Of a stretch of 64,000 nt of DNA, positions 9,709-19,424 are shown in pieces. The notes beneath the pieces were generated by a model. The model saw nothing but the letters and a program-made list of their open reading frames with translations. It made no database searches and had not been told where the DNA came from. The DNA is from Candidatus Latescibacterota bacterium (lineage in GTDB: Bacteria; Latescibacterota; UBA2968; GCA-2709665): assembly GCA_963667175.2 (NCBI GenBank), contig CAXXXF010000003.1, forward strand, positions 64,001-128,000. Direction: 5' to 3'. Each line of letters starts with the position of its first letter. The stretch's first letter is position 1. Position numbers and translations under genes: made by a program.

Positions 9709-9833
9709 ACTCCCCCCTTGGGGGGGAGTCGCAGAAGCCGAGCCGGTCCATGTGCTTGTGTTCCCGGAGCCGCCGTCTTAAGCCTGTCGTAGAGTCGATG
9801 GACCGGCGACGGCGGATGCGGAGGGGGGATTTT
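9709..9833. repeat. Composite REP-like palindromic element, copy 2
   Basis: ACTCCCCCCTTGGGGGGGAGTCGCAGAAGCCGAGCCG...CCGGCGACGGCGGATGCGGAGGGGGGATTT; same ends as 4531-4666. Confidence 0.8.
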
Positions 9834-9948
9834 ATCGCCTTTCGTTAGCTAGGAGCATTAAAAATTATGGCCTCGTGGCCATTTCAACACCTGGTATTGT
9901 GAGCCGCCGCGAAAAACAACGGCGCACACGAATGAATGTCTGGCTGAT

Positions 9949-10227
9949 TTATATCAACGCGATGCGCAGTTGCCGGCCGAGAGCCCGTGCAGCGCGGTCC
10001 AGTGTCCGCAGGGTTACCGAAGCATTGGAGGCGTCAAGCAAGCGGTCCAGCGCTGACCGGCTGGTTTGCATACGCCTCGCCATCTCGGACTTGGACAGCT
10101 TGTGTTCCTTCATGAACTGGCTCAACTGAAACGCAATCACGCGTTTGGCTGCCGTCGCTTCTGATTCACTGAGGAGACCCTCTTCCTCGAGGAACTCATC
10201 GAAATTGCTGCCGAAGTGTTTTCTCAT
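9949..10227 (-). CDS. XRE-family HTH antitoxin (HigA-like)
   Basis: H.GSNFDEFLEEEG...LSKSEMARRMQTSRSALDRLLD..NASVTLRTL..AA.ALG; ATGA overlap with the upstream toxin remnant. Confidence 0.88.
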   Translation of the reverse strand: MRKHFGSNFDEFLEEEGLLSESEATAAKRVIAFQLSQFMKEHKLSKSEMARRMQTSRSALDRLLDASNASVTLRTLDRAARALGRQLRIALI

Positions 10228-10741
10228 CTCGCCTCTCGCAATGTCTTGAGCCTGGAGCGTGCCAGATTGAGATCTCTGGCGGATGTTTTCTGAGTCTTTT
10301 TGATAAAGCCGTGTAACAGCACGATCGTGCCGCCGTAAAGCGTAAAGACGATTCGGGCAATGGATCGGGCAGTCTGCTGCGGACCTGCCAAAGAAGCTGT
10401 TTGAACATTCACGGTGTGTTCCCGAGCGCGAGCGAAAGGGCGCCGGTCAAGGCGGGCGAATTCGCCCATATCTAAAGATACGGGTGGATTTGACCAACGC
10501 AGACCGACGCACTTGCAGCCGCGCGAAGACCGCTGGGAATTTTCAAACAGCTTCAAAGATCGCCCTCGAGTTTTCGGACCACCGGCATTCCAAGAGGCCA
10601 CCCGAATTGAACGGTCTTGATGTCGGCGCCAATGATCTTTCTGGATTCGCGGTCCAGACTGTGCAGCCAGACTCTGACCGGTTCACGTCCTGTCGTCGTA
10701 CGGAAAAAGCGAACGGGCAGTGGGCTGTATCGGTTCAGCAT
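10224..10741 (-). pseudogene. RelE/HigB-like (phage Gp49/DUF891) toxin disrupted by a MITE and a 1-bp deletion
   Basis: N-half ...GREPVRVWL...IGADIKTVQFGWPLGMPVVRKLEGDL; after the insertion WQVRSRLPD; frameshift near 10362; C-half IARIVFTLYGGTIVLLHGFIKKTQKT. Confidence 0.9.
10393..10554. mobile_element. 162-bp MITE
   Basis: Terminal inverted repeats GAAGCTGTTTGAACATTC / GAATTTTCAAACAGCTTC; AAA duplicated on both sides (CAAAG if each end is trimmed by 1 bp); removal restores the codons DLWQVR. Confidence 0.9.
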
Positions 10742-10744
10742 GCC

Positions 10745-10774
10745 CAAATGTACCAATTCTGGTACATTTGTCAA
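10745..10774 (-). promoter_or_regulatory. TA promoter with operator palindrome
   Basis: CAAATGTACCA-N4-TGGTACATTTG perfect inverted repeat overlapping TTGACA-N16-TACATT, with the -10 ending 5 nt before the ATG. Confidence 0.72.
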
Positions 10775-10965
10775 GTGGAAACGTGCGTTCAGCGACTCAA
10801 AAGATAAAAGTAACCGGTGGCGACAGCGCTTGACGTCCCGACGTAGGGTCAACTTGGCGAAGCCCGAAGGAGGCCATCAACCATTCAACAGGCTCATGTA
10901 CCACCGACTCAAGCCAAGCACAGAGACGCAGCCTAATCGCGCCTGCCTCACGCGACCGGCGGCTA

Positions 10966-11748
10966 TCACAGGAAGTCGCGCAATTCGAGCAGGTTTTCGA
11001 TTTCCGCGAATGGCTGGATGTCGCCGGGTTTCCTGCCTTTCCGATTGACCCAGATTCCCCTGATTCCGGCTTGTTGCGCTCCGGCGACGTCTTTATTGAG
11101 GTTGTCTCCGACCATCAATGTCTGGTCGGGGCCGGCATCCGCAAGCTGGAGCGCCTGCTCGAAAAATTGGGGATGCGGTTTGGCGAATCCGACGTCACCC
11201 GAAACAAGGACCTCGTCGAAATAACCCGCGAGACCACTTGTTTCCAGCTTCTGTCTCTGCAGATCGGACGCGCCGTTGGTGGCCAGAACCAATCTAACCT
11301 CCCCTTTGAGTTCGTTCAGAATCTCGATTGTCTCCGGAAAGTGCTCGAACAGACCTCTTCGGATTCCGACGAAATCGTCGGCAAGGCCTTGCGCCAGCCG
11401 TTCGTCGTCAACACCCATATCCTCGAGAGCCCGCGACCAGGCCTCAAACCGGTACGTCGGCGACCATCCACGCAGCCAGACCTGATTCTCGTTCTTCCCG
11501 GCGAACTCGCACCACAACCCCTCCCAGGAACTGATCCCCACGCGACGGCAATAGTCAATTGCCGGAGTTGAGCGCCAGAGTTCGCCGGCCCGTTCCAGGA
11601 CCCTGTCCCTGAGTTCAGCCGGGTGCACGCCGGCTTCCGCGTTCGCGCGTTGACCGGTCTGCTCAAGAGCTCTGAGCGCGACAGGTTTTTCCAGAATGAG
11701 GGTCTCGTCAAGGTCGAACAGAGTCGTTTTCACTGCGCCCCGGCTCAT
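10966..11748 (-). CDS. HAD family hydrolase
   Basis: FDLDETL motif I, TNG, KP, VGDNLNKD. Confidence 0.9.
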   Translation of the reverse strand: MSRGAVKTTLFDLDETLILEKPVALRALEQTGQRANAEAGVHPAELRDRVLERAGELWRSTPAIDYCRRVGISSWEGLWCEFAGKNENQVWLRGWSPTYRFEAWSRALEDMGVDDERLAQGLADDFVGIRRGLFEHFPETIEILNELKGEVRLVLATNGASDLQRQKLETSGLAGYFDEVLVSGDVGFAKPHPQFFEQALQLADAGPDQTLMVGDNLNKDVAGAQQAGIRGIWVNRKGRKPGDIQPFAEIENLLELRDFL

Positions 11749-11788
11749 CGGTTCACTCGTTTTCCCGCACTCTCTATGACGCTTCCTC

Positions 11789-12187
11789 TCAACCCCCCGA
11801 CGCGGCGCCTGCCGCGGCCCGATTCCGCGCGGCGAATCGGAACAGCAGCGCGGATGCGATCCATAGCGTGATGAAGAGTCCGTTGAATCCCAGGATTTCG
11901 CGTACGGACATATACGGCGCGTGGTGCAACCCGGCGATCAGTGCGATTGCGGCAACCAGCGCCTAGGCGAGCGCGGTTGCGAAGAGTGCGCGCGCCATTC
12001 CGGCCGGCCGAAAGCGCGCGGCGACGGCGCAGATGATTCCCACCGCGAATACGCCGATATACATCCAGTCGGCAGGATCACCCTCGCGCCCGAGAACGCC
12101 GACGGCGCCGATCATCCAGACGAGGAGTAACGGCGTCGCAAGCGCAAGGCCCACGGCGAGCTTGTACATGGAATTGCCCATCTTCAT
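11789..12187 (-). pseudogene. Small membrane protein with an internal TAG
   Basis: Hydrophobic frame continues past TAG at 11963-11965 (ALFATALA*ALVAAIALIAG...NGLFITLWIASALLFR) to TGA at 11789. Confidence 0.7.
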
Positions 12188-12244
12188 TCCTTTCACCCGG
12201 CGTTCGCTCGTTTCTCCCGTCGATGTTTCTTTGCTCACGGACAG

Positions 12245-13054
12245 CTACTTCTCGACGACAAAGACGACATGGTCGGTTGTATCCCTGAACTGAGGCAACT
12301 CCGACGTCTTAGGTGCGAATTCCAGGACATTTTCGTATGCTTCGGGTTCGTTCTCTCTCAGCGACTCGAGAAATGGCGCCATGCCTCCGATAAAACCCTC
12401 AGCGCCTGCGTATGTGACAATTCGCAGTCCTGTGTCCCGGAGTTCATTGCCGGCGATCTCAGGGTTGGACCAGTGACACTCGGTGAAACCGGACAGTTCG
12501 TGATCTTCAAAGGCCTGTTCGCCCAGCATGCTCCGCAGAAAAGCGGGATTTCGGAAACGCTTCGGGAAATCGACGATACCGCTTCTGAGCAAACCCCACG
12601 AATTCAGGAAGGCGACAATTGCCCTGCCGCCCGGTTTCAAAATGCGAATCATCTCCCTCAAAGCTTGTGCTCGATCATCCCTCTCGATCAGGTGATAGAG
12701 CGGACCGAGAAGGAGGGCCGCGTCGAACGACTCGTCGGCAAAAACGCCCAGATCGCGTGCGTCTCCTTGTATAAATCCGGTTGCGCCAACTCCTTCCAAT
12801 GCAAAGGCACGCTCCGCTCGCTCCAGCAGTTTTCCGGAGAGGTCGAATAACGTCATCCTGTACCCGCGCCTGGCGAGCTCGATGGAATAGCGACCCGGTC
12901 CGCTCCCGATGTCGCACACTTCGCCGCCGCCTGGGAAGTACTTCTCGATGAGGCGCAACGTGGACGCGAATTCGATTCGCGAAAGCCCCGTATCCAGCCG
13001 CTCCCACTCGCGATCAGGCGCTGAATCGTAGTAGTCCCGGACGTGCGTGCGCAT
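12245..13054 (-). CDS. Class I SAM-dependent methyltransferase (paralog A)
   Basis: DIGSGPGRYS, LLLGPLYHL, LKPGG. Confidence 0.88.
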   Translation of the reverse strand: MRTHVRDYYDSAPDREWERLDTGLSRIEFASTLRLIEKYFPGGGEVCDIGSGPGRYSIELARRGYRMTLFDLSGKLLERAERAFALEGVGATGFIQGDARDLGVFADESFDAALLLGPLYHLIERDDRAQALREMIRILKPGGRAIVAFLNSWGLLRSGIVDFPKRFRNPAFLRSMLGEQAFEDHELSGFTECHWSNPEIAGNELRDTGLRIVTYAGAEGFIGGMAPFLESLRENEPEAYENVLEFAPKTSELPQFRDTTDHVVFVVEK

Positions 13055-13219
13055 TCAATCAGAAATCTCTTCAACGACCGAAAGATATTCCCGAATTGCG
13101 GCTTTGATGTTCGCAACCGCCTCTTGTTCCGTCTCTCCCTGGGACCAGCAACCTGGGAGACCAGGTACCGAAACGCTAAAGCCTTCGTCGGATTTTTGAA
13201 GCGCAATTTTGTACTTCAC
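13055..13219 (-). CDS. HicB-like antitoxin, short/orphan
   Basis: KYKIALQKSDEGFSVSVPGLPGCWSQGETEQEAVANIKAAIREYL; GTG 13219; no adjacent hicA. Confidence 0.78.
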   Translation of the reverse strand: MKYKIALQKSDEGFSVSVPGLPGCWSQGETEQEAVANIKAAIREYLSVVEEISD

Positions 13220-13346
13220 CTGGTACCCCTCTCTCCAATTCATCCTTCTTGTTGTCAAACAAGCCGATTAACCGATACTTTAGTCGTTGCCGTGACTTCG
13301 GTGACTTCAAGATCTCCCTCAACGTCTCCAGGTCTTCGACTCTCGA

Positions 13347-14150
13347 TCACGCCGAAGGTTCACGAAGCGCCGCTTCCCATAGCGCGGACACATCCCGAGC
13401 GCATCCGACCTCGGGAAAATATCGGGCCATGTTGTCTGCGCAGATCGACCGGACCATATCGTCGATGTAGTACGGGTCTACGAGAGACTCGAGCCGGTCC
13501 TGCCAGGTGCTGCGGTTCCGGTGCCCGTCGTCCACGTCGAGCGAATCCACCGAAATTTCCAGGAAATCCGCCAACCGCCCGTGTGAACGAGCCAGTTCGT
13601 GGGTCCTGATCACAAGCCGGCGATTTTTCGGAATCGGCCCGGCGCACCTGTTGACATGATCGTTCCACGCATGCAGGTACGCCGGAATCGAATAGAGCCC
13701 TCGCTCCGCAAGCGCGCGATCGTGACGCGAGTGGGGATGGCGTTCCGGCTTGATCCACCAGGGAAGAAAGTCCAGGATTTCCGATGGCGTCTCGCGGCTG
13801 ATCAGGTGCCCGATAGCCGATTGGAGCCACGTATAGCTGTCACGTATGAGAACGATGAACCTGGCGGCAGGAAAGAGATGCAACAGATGGCCGATGACGA
13901 ACTGGTTCACCCACGAGACGTCGTATTCCAGATCCAGCCGGGAATCGCGCTCACGGAGGAACTTTCGGAAGGCGGAGGCGGAGAGTTCACCCCGGGATTC
14001 TCGGAGTATCATATCGAGCAACTCAGGCCGCTCGGGTTCATGCGCCGCCCGGTAGTTGGTTGAAAGCAACCCGACCAGAGAGGCCGTACCGGACTTTGCC
14101 TGCCCGACGCAGAAGCCTTTGACCCGGGTCGGCGTGTGATTCTCAGTCAT
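13347..14150 (-). CDS. Sulfotransferase-family protein
   Basis: 5'-PSB-like GQAKSGTASL, HEP, and 3'-PB-like LIRDSYTWLQS. Confidence 0.72.
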   Translation of the reverse strand: MTENHTPTRVKGFCVGQAKSGTASLVGLLSTNYRAAHEPERPELLDMILRESRGELSASAFRKFLRERDSRLDLEYDVSWVNQFVIGHLLHLFPAARFIVLIRDSYTWLQSAIGHLISRETPSEILDFLPWWIKPERHPHSRHDRALAERGLYSIPAYLHAWNDHVNRCAGPIPKNRRLVIRTHELARSHGRLADFLEISVDSLDVDDGHRNRSTWQDRLESLVDPYYIDDMVRSICADNMARYFPEVGCARDVSALWEAALREPSA

Positions 14151-14180
14151 GGTGTTGTTGCCTGGGGCGGCATGAATGGA

Positions 14181-15023
14181 TCAAGCATCCTTAATCGCCT
14201 GCGACGAAGTGCCTGACTTCTCGACGACAAAGTGAACATGGCTTGTTGCATCTCTGAACCCAGGCAATTCCGACGTTTCCGCAGCGAATGCTTCGATATT
14301 TTCGTATGCCGCCGGTTCATTCTCCCTGAGCGTCTCGAGCAGCGGCGCCATGCCTCCGACAAAGCCCTCCGCGCCCGCATAGCTGACAATCCGGAGGCCC
14401 ACCCCTCGGAGTTCCTTGCAGGCGATCTCAGGATTGGACCAGTGACACTCCGTGAAACGCGGGCGTTCACGGTCTTCAAAGGTCGTTTCGCCGAGCAAGC
14501 TCCGCAGAAAGGAGGGATTGCGGTAAAGGTGAGGGAAACCGGCCACTCCCGTTCGGAGCAAACCCCACGCATTGAGGAAGGCGACAATTGCCCTGCCGCC
14601 CGGTTTCAGAATACGAACCATCTCACTCAACGCCTGAGATCGATCAGGCCTCTCGGTCATGTGATATAGAGGACCGAGTAGCAAGGCGGCGTCGAACGAT
14701 TCGTCCTTGAAGACGCTCAGATCACGCGCATTTCCATGAATGTACGCCGTTGCGTTGATGCCTTCCGATGCAAAGGCACGCTCTGCCCGCTCCAGCAGTT
14801 TCCCTGACAGGTCGAACAACGTCACCCGGTACCCGCGTCTGGCGAGCTCGATGGAATAGCGGCCCGGTCCGCTCCCGACGTCGCACACGTCTCCGTTCGC
14901 GGAGAAGTATTTCTCGATGAGGCGCAACGTGGACGCGAATTCGATTCGTGAAAGCCCCGTATCCAGCCGCTCCCACTCGCGTTCCGGGGCCGAGTCGTAG
15001 AAGTCTCTGACGTGCGTGCTCAT
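14181..15023 (-). CDS. Class I SAM-dependent methyltransferase (paralog B)
   Basis: Colinear and highly similar to 12245-13054 (EWERLDTGLSRIEFASTLRLIEKYF is identical). Confidence 0.88.
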   Translation of the reverse strand: MSTHVRDFYDSAPEREWERLDTGLSRIEFASTLRLIEKYFSANGDVCDVGSGPGRYSIELARRGYRVTLFDLSGKLLERAERAFASEGINATAYIHGNARDLSVFKDESFDAALLLGPLYHMTERPDRSQALSEMVRILKPGGRAIVAFLNAWGLLRTGVAGFPHLYRNPSFLRSLLGETTFEDRERPRFTECHWSNPEIACKELRGVGLRIVSYAGAEGFVGGMAPLLETLRENEPAAYENIEAFAAETSELPGFRDATSHVHFVVEKSGTSSQAIKDA

Positions 15024-15065
15024 TCAAACATCAACCGCCTCTTACATCTCGCCCGGACTCAATTC

Positions 15066-15659
15066 TTAAATAAGGACGGCTCCAACGGCGTCGAGTCGAT
15101 ATTGGCTGCCGTCGTATGCAATGGTCGTAACGGAGCATTCCCGTACTGCTTCACTGCTATACGGGTCATCGCAGAATCCCGGACTGATCCGATTCAATTC
15201 ATCAGCCGAAAACACGTTGAGAAGGAAGTCCGCCAGGACACCGCCATGGGTTACCCCGATCACGGTCTTTCCGGATGACCGACGATGGCAATCGGAAACA
15301 AAAGCCTCGATGCGTCTGCCGGCCCCGATGCTGGAATCGCCAACATCGGGTTCGTAGTTCCGTTCCCTGGAACAGCGCTCCCACTGGGCAACGAATTCGT
15401 CGAAGGTCTGGCCTTCGACGTCTCCCCAGTTCAATCGCTCACGGAGGCGTGAATCATCCGTCAATTCGAGATTCAGAACGGCGGCGATGATTTCTGCTGT
15501 CTCTCTCGTCCGAGCCAGCGGACTGCAGAAGATCCGCGCGACGCCTTCCGATACCAGCTTCCCGGCCAGTCTTTCCGCCTCTTCCCGACCGTCGGACGTC
15601 AGTGACGGATTCCCGATCCTTCGTTCTCTCTTCCCGTGTCGAATAAAGTGACAACGCAT
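15066..15659 (-). CDS. Histidine phosphatase family protein
   Basis: IRHG, SPLARTRETA, LRE, VTHGG; start at ATG 15659 (MRCHFIRHG). Confidence 0.88.
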   Translation of the reverse strand: MRCHFIRHGKRERRIGNPSLTSDGREEAERLAGKLVSEGVARIFCSPLARTRETAEIIAAVLNLELTDDSRLRERLNWGDVEGQTFDEFVAQWERCSRERNYEPDVGDSSIGAGRRIEAFVSDCHRRSSGKTVIGVTHGGVLADFLLNVFSADELNRISPGFCDDPYSSEAVRECSVTTIAYDGSQYRLDAVGAVLI

Positions 15660-15721
15660 AGCGTCTGCCCGATCGTATTCCCCGATCCCCCGAATAGCCC
15701 GGTATCGCGTGGTGCAAGTAC

Positions 15722-16168
15722 CTATGCTGCGTCCCCTCTGACGTCGCCCATCGCTCGTTTCTTCGCCATCTTGGCGATCTGCGCAGATACGACCGCTGAG
15801 GCGGAACTGAGCAGCGTCACGGGAGCGATCGTTGCAACACTCCACAGCCACAACGGATAGGCGGTATTCACGGTGCCGACAACAAAGGGGAACACGCCCA
15901 CGAGCAAACCGCTCAGCGCACCCCAGACGCCGGCTCGTGATAGCGCCAACCCATCGATGCCGCGACGGCCCTCTGCAATCCCGGCCACCGTGTAGAAAAC
16001 GGCGCCGCAGAGGAAGCCCGGATACGCCCCGATCGCCAGCCACATTTCATCCATGGCGCCGCTCGGATCCACGATGACCCCTGTCAGTACACCAAGCGGC
16101 GCCCATACGACGGCCCAGATAAAGGCCATCAGCACCGCACCGCCAATACGTCTCAGCCGTTCATTCAT
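15722..16168 (-). CDS. Hypothetical membrane protein (about 4 TM)
   Basis: Four hydrophobic segments; GGAGA upstream of ATG 16168. Confidence 0.7.
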   Translation of the reverse strand: MNERLRRIGGAVLMAFIWAVVWAPLGVLTGVIVDPSGAMDEMWLAIGAYPGFLCGAVFYTVAGIAEGRRGIDGLALSRAGVWGALSGLLVGVFPFVVGTVNTAYPLWLWSVATIAPVTLLSSASAVVSAQIAKMAKKRAMGDVRGDAA

Positions 16169-16295
16169 CTGACATCTCTCCTTGCGAACAGGTTTCGGAT
16201 CATCCGTGAAAGGCAATCCGTCTTCGTCGCACCAACGCCCGAACTTTCAGGAAGACGATGTGAACGTGGGGCCTGCCGGCCTCGCTGCCCGTATG

Positions 16296-16877
16296 TCACG
16301 ACTCGATCGGAGGAAGATCAATCGGCGTCAGGACGCCGAAGAAGCCATATTTGATTCCGGAGGGATCTCCCCGGCCGGGCGGAAAGTACTCCTCGATCAG
16401 CTCCAGGAGCCGGCGGTTGAATTCGGCCGCCTGTTCTTCCGAGAGCCGCGCGCGGTTATGGTTGACGGAACTTTGAAATCTCGGGCCGAATATGCCGTCC
16501 GCGCTTTCGCGAAACGCCTGGTTGAATTGGCAAACGACCTCGCGATGCATTGGCTCGGTGGTTTCAGTTGCCTCATCGCTCGGGTCCGGAAATCGGATCT
16601 TGCCTACCGCGGGTACGCATTGCCACGACCTCGGGTCACTACCGGTTTTGTCAAGATATACGACATCTGAGTCGGCGAGCCGTTCCAGGTGACGGAGAAC
16701 CCGGGCGTCGGTAACGCCCATCATCGACGAAATCTCCGCCACGGATTTCCCCTCGCCCATCGTCTCCAGGATGCGCAACCGGAGGGGGTCCGCGAGCACA
16801 TTGACTCTTTCGTCATCGATAACAAGGACCGAAGCGGTTTTCGCGTCGGGAAATGCCAATTCGCGCCAACCCGCCAT
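16296..16877 (-). CDS. ArsR-like winged-helix regulator
   Basis: LADPLRLRILE...SVAEISSMMGVTDARVLRHLERLAD. Confidence 0.8.
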   Translation of the reverse strand: MAGWRELAFPDAKTASVLVIDDERVNVLADPLRLRILETMGEGKSVAEISSMMGVTDARVLRHLERLADSDVVYLDKTGSDPRSWQCVPAVGKIRFPDPSDEATETTEPMHREVVCQFNQAFRESADGIFGPRFQSSVNHNRARLSEEQAAEFNRRLLELIEEYFPPGRGDPSGIKYGFFGVLTPIDLPPIES

Positions 16878-16961
16878 TTTAAGCCTCCGTTGGAATATTG
16901 CTGCGCCTTTCCCACTTTTCGTGACGAAGGGGAGCTGCGTGTGCCACTTTCCAGGTCCGCA

Positions 16962-17432
16962 CTATCCCAGCCTGGCGCCTAGCCAGGCTCGCAGCTTTTC
17001 CGCATAGGGTCTGCGCAGTTCCGGGCTCGTCCAGTGACGACGTTCGAAATACAGTTTGTCGTTTTTCCACCGCGGAAAGACGTGCAGGTGATAGTGCCAG
17101 ACATCCTGGTTGCCGGCGGGTTCGTTGTGCTGGCGAGATGAGACGCCGTCGCAGCCATAGGTCTCCTTGAACCCGATGGAGATCTCTCTCGCGACCTCCT
17201 GAATTCGCGCCAGCAGATGCGTTGGCATGTTGTAGACGTTCTCGATGTGCGCGTTCGGAATCACAAGCGCGTGACCGGGATTCGCCGGCCACCACGCGGC
17301 AGAGATAAACGCGGTAACTTCGCCGTCCCGAAACACAACGTCATCCTGCTTCGTCCGCACGTGCTCGTTTTCGACGCCCTGTACCACAAGACAGAATGGG
17401 CAGATGTAGTCCGCCGGGACGTGTGTTTTCAT
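16962..17432 (-). CDS. HIT family hydrolase
   Basis: CPFC, GHALVIP, QDVWHYHLHVFPR histidine triad. Confidence 0.92.
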   Translation of the reverse strand: MKTHVPADYICPFCLVVQGVENEHVRTKQDDVVFRDGEVTAFISAAWWPANPGHALVIPNAHIENVYNMPTHLLARIQEVAREISIGFKETYGCDGVSSRQHNEPAGNQDVWHYHLHVFPRWKNDKLYFERRHWTSPELRRPYAEKLRAWLGARLG

Positions 17433-17538
17433 TAGCGCGGTAATCTGATTTGTGGGCGAAGGACTGAATGGCCACCGTAGCCAGGCACTGTCGTGTTGTG
17501 TGGCGTATGCCAGGCGGCGGCCCGACAGGATGGCAGGG

Positions 17539-18231
17539 TCAGGTGCGCACCTTCACGAATTCGAGGACCATGAGGAATGGAACCGTATTCCAGCGCTCTC
17601 GATTCAGCCCATCGCGGTCGTGGCTTACATCTTTAAGGGTTCTCAGAAGAAAACCGTGTTTGCCGAACGCATCGATGTATTCCTCCATGGTTCGGTGATA
17701 ATAATACACCTCGACTCCCGCTCTCGCCATTCCGTGATAGATCACCGACTCTCCCGTGGCGAAGTAGCCTGACGCCTTTTCTCTCAGGACAGCCGAGTAC
17801 GGATTGTTGAGCGAAAGAACCACCCTCCCCCCGACGCGGCACGAACTCGCCAGCGTCCGGATGAATCCTGCGTAGTCGGGAACATCATTCAATACCAGGT
17901 GTGAGGCGATAAGGTCAAAGGATGCCTCCAAATCCGGCAGCGGTGTGCAAAGATCATGAACTCGATAGTCGATTGCATTTTCCGGATCTTTCGTTTTTCC
18001 CAATTCTACAAGGGGCGCACAGACGTCGATGGCGCAAACTTCCGCCCCCCGATTTTCCAGGAGTCTTGCGACCAGGCCGTCACCACAGCCCGCATCCAGG
18101 ACACGCAGACCCTTGACATCACCCACGAGGTCCAGGAAGCCAGACAGAACAGGATCGGGGTCAACCTCCAGGTCAGACACTATGGCTGCATACTGCTCCG
18201 CGAAGTCATCATAGGTGTTTCGATCAGCCAT
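17539..18231 (-). CDS. Class I SAM-dependent methyltransferase
   Basis: VLDAGCGDG; YYHRTMEEY..AF..HGF. Confidence 0.88.
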   Translation of the reverse strand: MADRNTYDDFAEQYAAIVSDLEVDPDPVLSGFLDLVGDVKGLRVLDAGCGDGLVARLLENRGAEVCAIDVCAPLVELGKTKDPENAIDYRVHDLCTPLPDLEASFDLIASHLVLNDVPDYAGFIRTLASSCRVGGRVVLSLNNPYSAVLREKASGYFATGESVIYHGMARAGVEVYYYHRTMEEYIDAFGKHGFLLRTLKDVSHDRDGLNRERWNTVPFLMVLEFVKVRT

Positions 18232-18369
18232 TTCTCACAAGCCTCTCCGACCCGTGACCGGCGACTGTGGTGTCACTGAACTCGCGACGCAATAGGTACA
18301 GAATCCGAGGATCCACGAACTGCTACGTATCACCTTGAAATGTCCACATACCCGAAACACGCATAATCT

Positions 18370-18534
18370 CTATGTCTTCGCTTTCCTCTCGACCTCCTGC
18401 TGCGAAAGCCTCAATTGAGCGCGCATACTGTGAATCTTCAATGACAGTTCGGTATGCCGCCGTTCCTCCTCGTACAGTCTTCTGAATCTCTCATCATCGA
18501 GCCTTTGGTTCAGATGACGTCTAAAGCTCCTCAT
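18370..18534 (-). pseudogene. Truncated XRE/HigA-like antitoxin
   Basis: Hand translation MRSFRRHLNQRLDDERFRRLYEEERRHTELSLKIHSMRAQLRLSQQEVERKAKT*; stops just before the recognition helix; GGAGG upstream; below the ORF-track cutoff. Confidence 0.65.
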
Positions 18535-18633
18535 CCCGTTCCTCCGTTAGCCGGCTCTCGTAATATCGAGACCCGAGGGTCCACGACTTTACCGAAATGC
18601 ATCAACCTGAGATGTCCGCATTCCCAATATACC

Positions 18634-18656
18634 AAAAAATGCCCCCAAAGGGGGCA
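18634..18656 (-). terminator. Hairpin plus T-run (terminator or TA operator)
   Basis: TGCCCCC-TTT-GGGGGCA followed by TTTTTT on the - strand; abuts an extended -10-like TGGTATATT. Confidence 0.5.
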
Positions 18657-18806
18657 CCATCTCCAGTCGCAATCGGCCTTTGTCGCATCCATCAATTTTT
18701 CCGGTGGACTCCGCCGTGTTTGTTTTGGCCTGACATGCTCACCGTACAGCGGTAACCTTCATGTTATAGGGTTTTGAGCGAACCTGGATCCGGTGCAGCG
18801 AATCAG

Positions 18807-19064
18807 TCAGGATATCGCGGGCGATACATCCCTGACATGCAATATCTCGCCTGCCATAGGTGCACGCACGGCGGAATCTTCCAGGGTCAGAACCGCGATC
18901 GTGGTACCGCGGGTATCCACAAACTCTATCTCCGAGGCTTTTTCATCGTCGTATCTATGAACCACCGTCCCCACGTCGCCTGTCACCAAACCGTGTTCCA
19001 AAATAGACTCCTTGAGAACGACCAGATCCAATTCAGTCATATTGAGTCGATCCTCCTTGATCAT
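18807..19064 (-). CDS. DUF4926 family protein
   Basis: ELDLVVL...GL..GDVGTVVH.Y....EIEFV...G.TIAVLTL. Confidence 0.85.
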   Translation of the reverse strand: MIKEDRLNMTELDLVVLKESILEHGLVTGDVGTVVHRYDDEKASEIEFVDTRGTTIAVLTLEDSAVRAPMAGEILHVRDVSPAIS

Positions 19065-19393
19065 GCTGGATACGCTGTAACCAAACGCGGCTTATCCGAA
19101 CTCGGCTCAACAATCCAAACTGTGCGAATCCGAACGTCACGACCCGACGGGGTAATTACGTTGCCATCCACAACATACTTGGCGCCGTGATGTGTATGCG
19201 CAAATTCGGAGACCTGCTCGTTACCTGCAATGGATGCCAAATCAGCAGCAAGGACCGAAGGTTCCTCTGGCTGATATCCGACACCCCGGAAGAATCGTGA
19301 CTTAGTACGACCCACGGTGTGCACGTCAGAAAGCAAGTATTGCCTGACTTTTCGCATCGGTATGAGGGCATTATCGCCATTCGGCAATTTCAT
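19061..19393 (-). CDS. DUF6883-like putative nuclease toxin
   Basis: MKLPNGDNALIP.RKV..YLLS..H.VGR.K.RFF..VGY...TVWIV......PRLVTAYP; ATGA overlap with DUF4926. Confidence 0.8.
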   Translation of the reverse strand: MKLPNGDNALIPMRKVRQYLLSDVHTVGRTKSRFFRGVGYQPEEPSVLAADLASIAGNEQVSEFAHTHHGAKYVVDGNVITPSGRDVRIRTVWIVEPSSDKPRLVTAYPA

Positions 19394-19424
19394 CGAAAAC
19401 GAACTTCCATTTCATGTGAGATGA

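Noticed and set aside
11963-11965. Pyrrolysine or genetic-code reassignment of TAG
   Set aside because: Single instance, no pyl genes, and TAG terminates other genes normally
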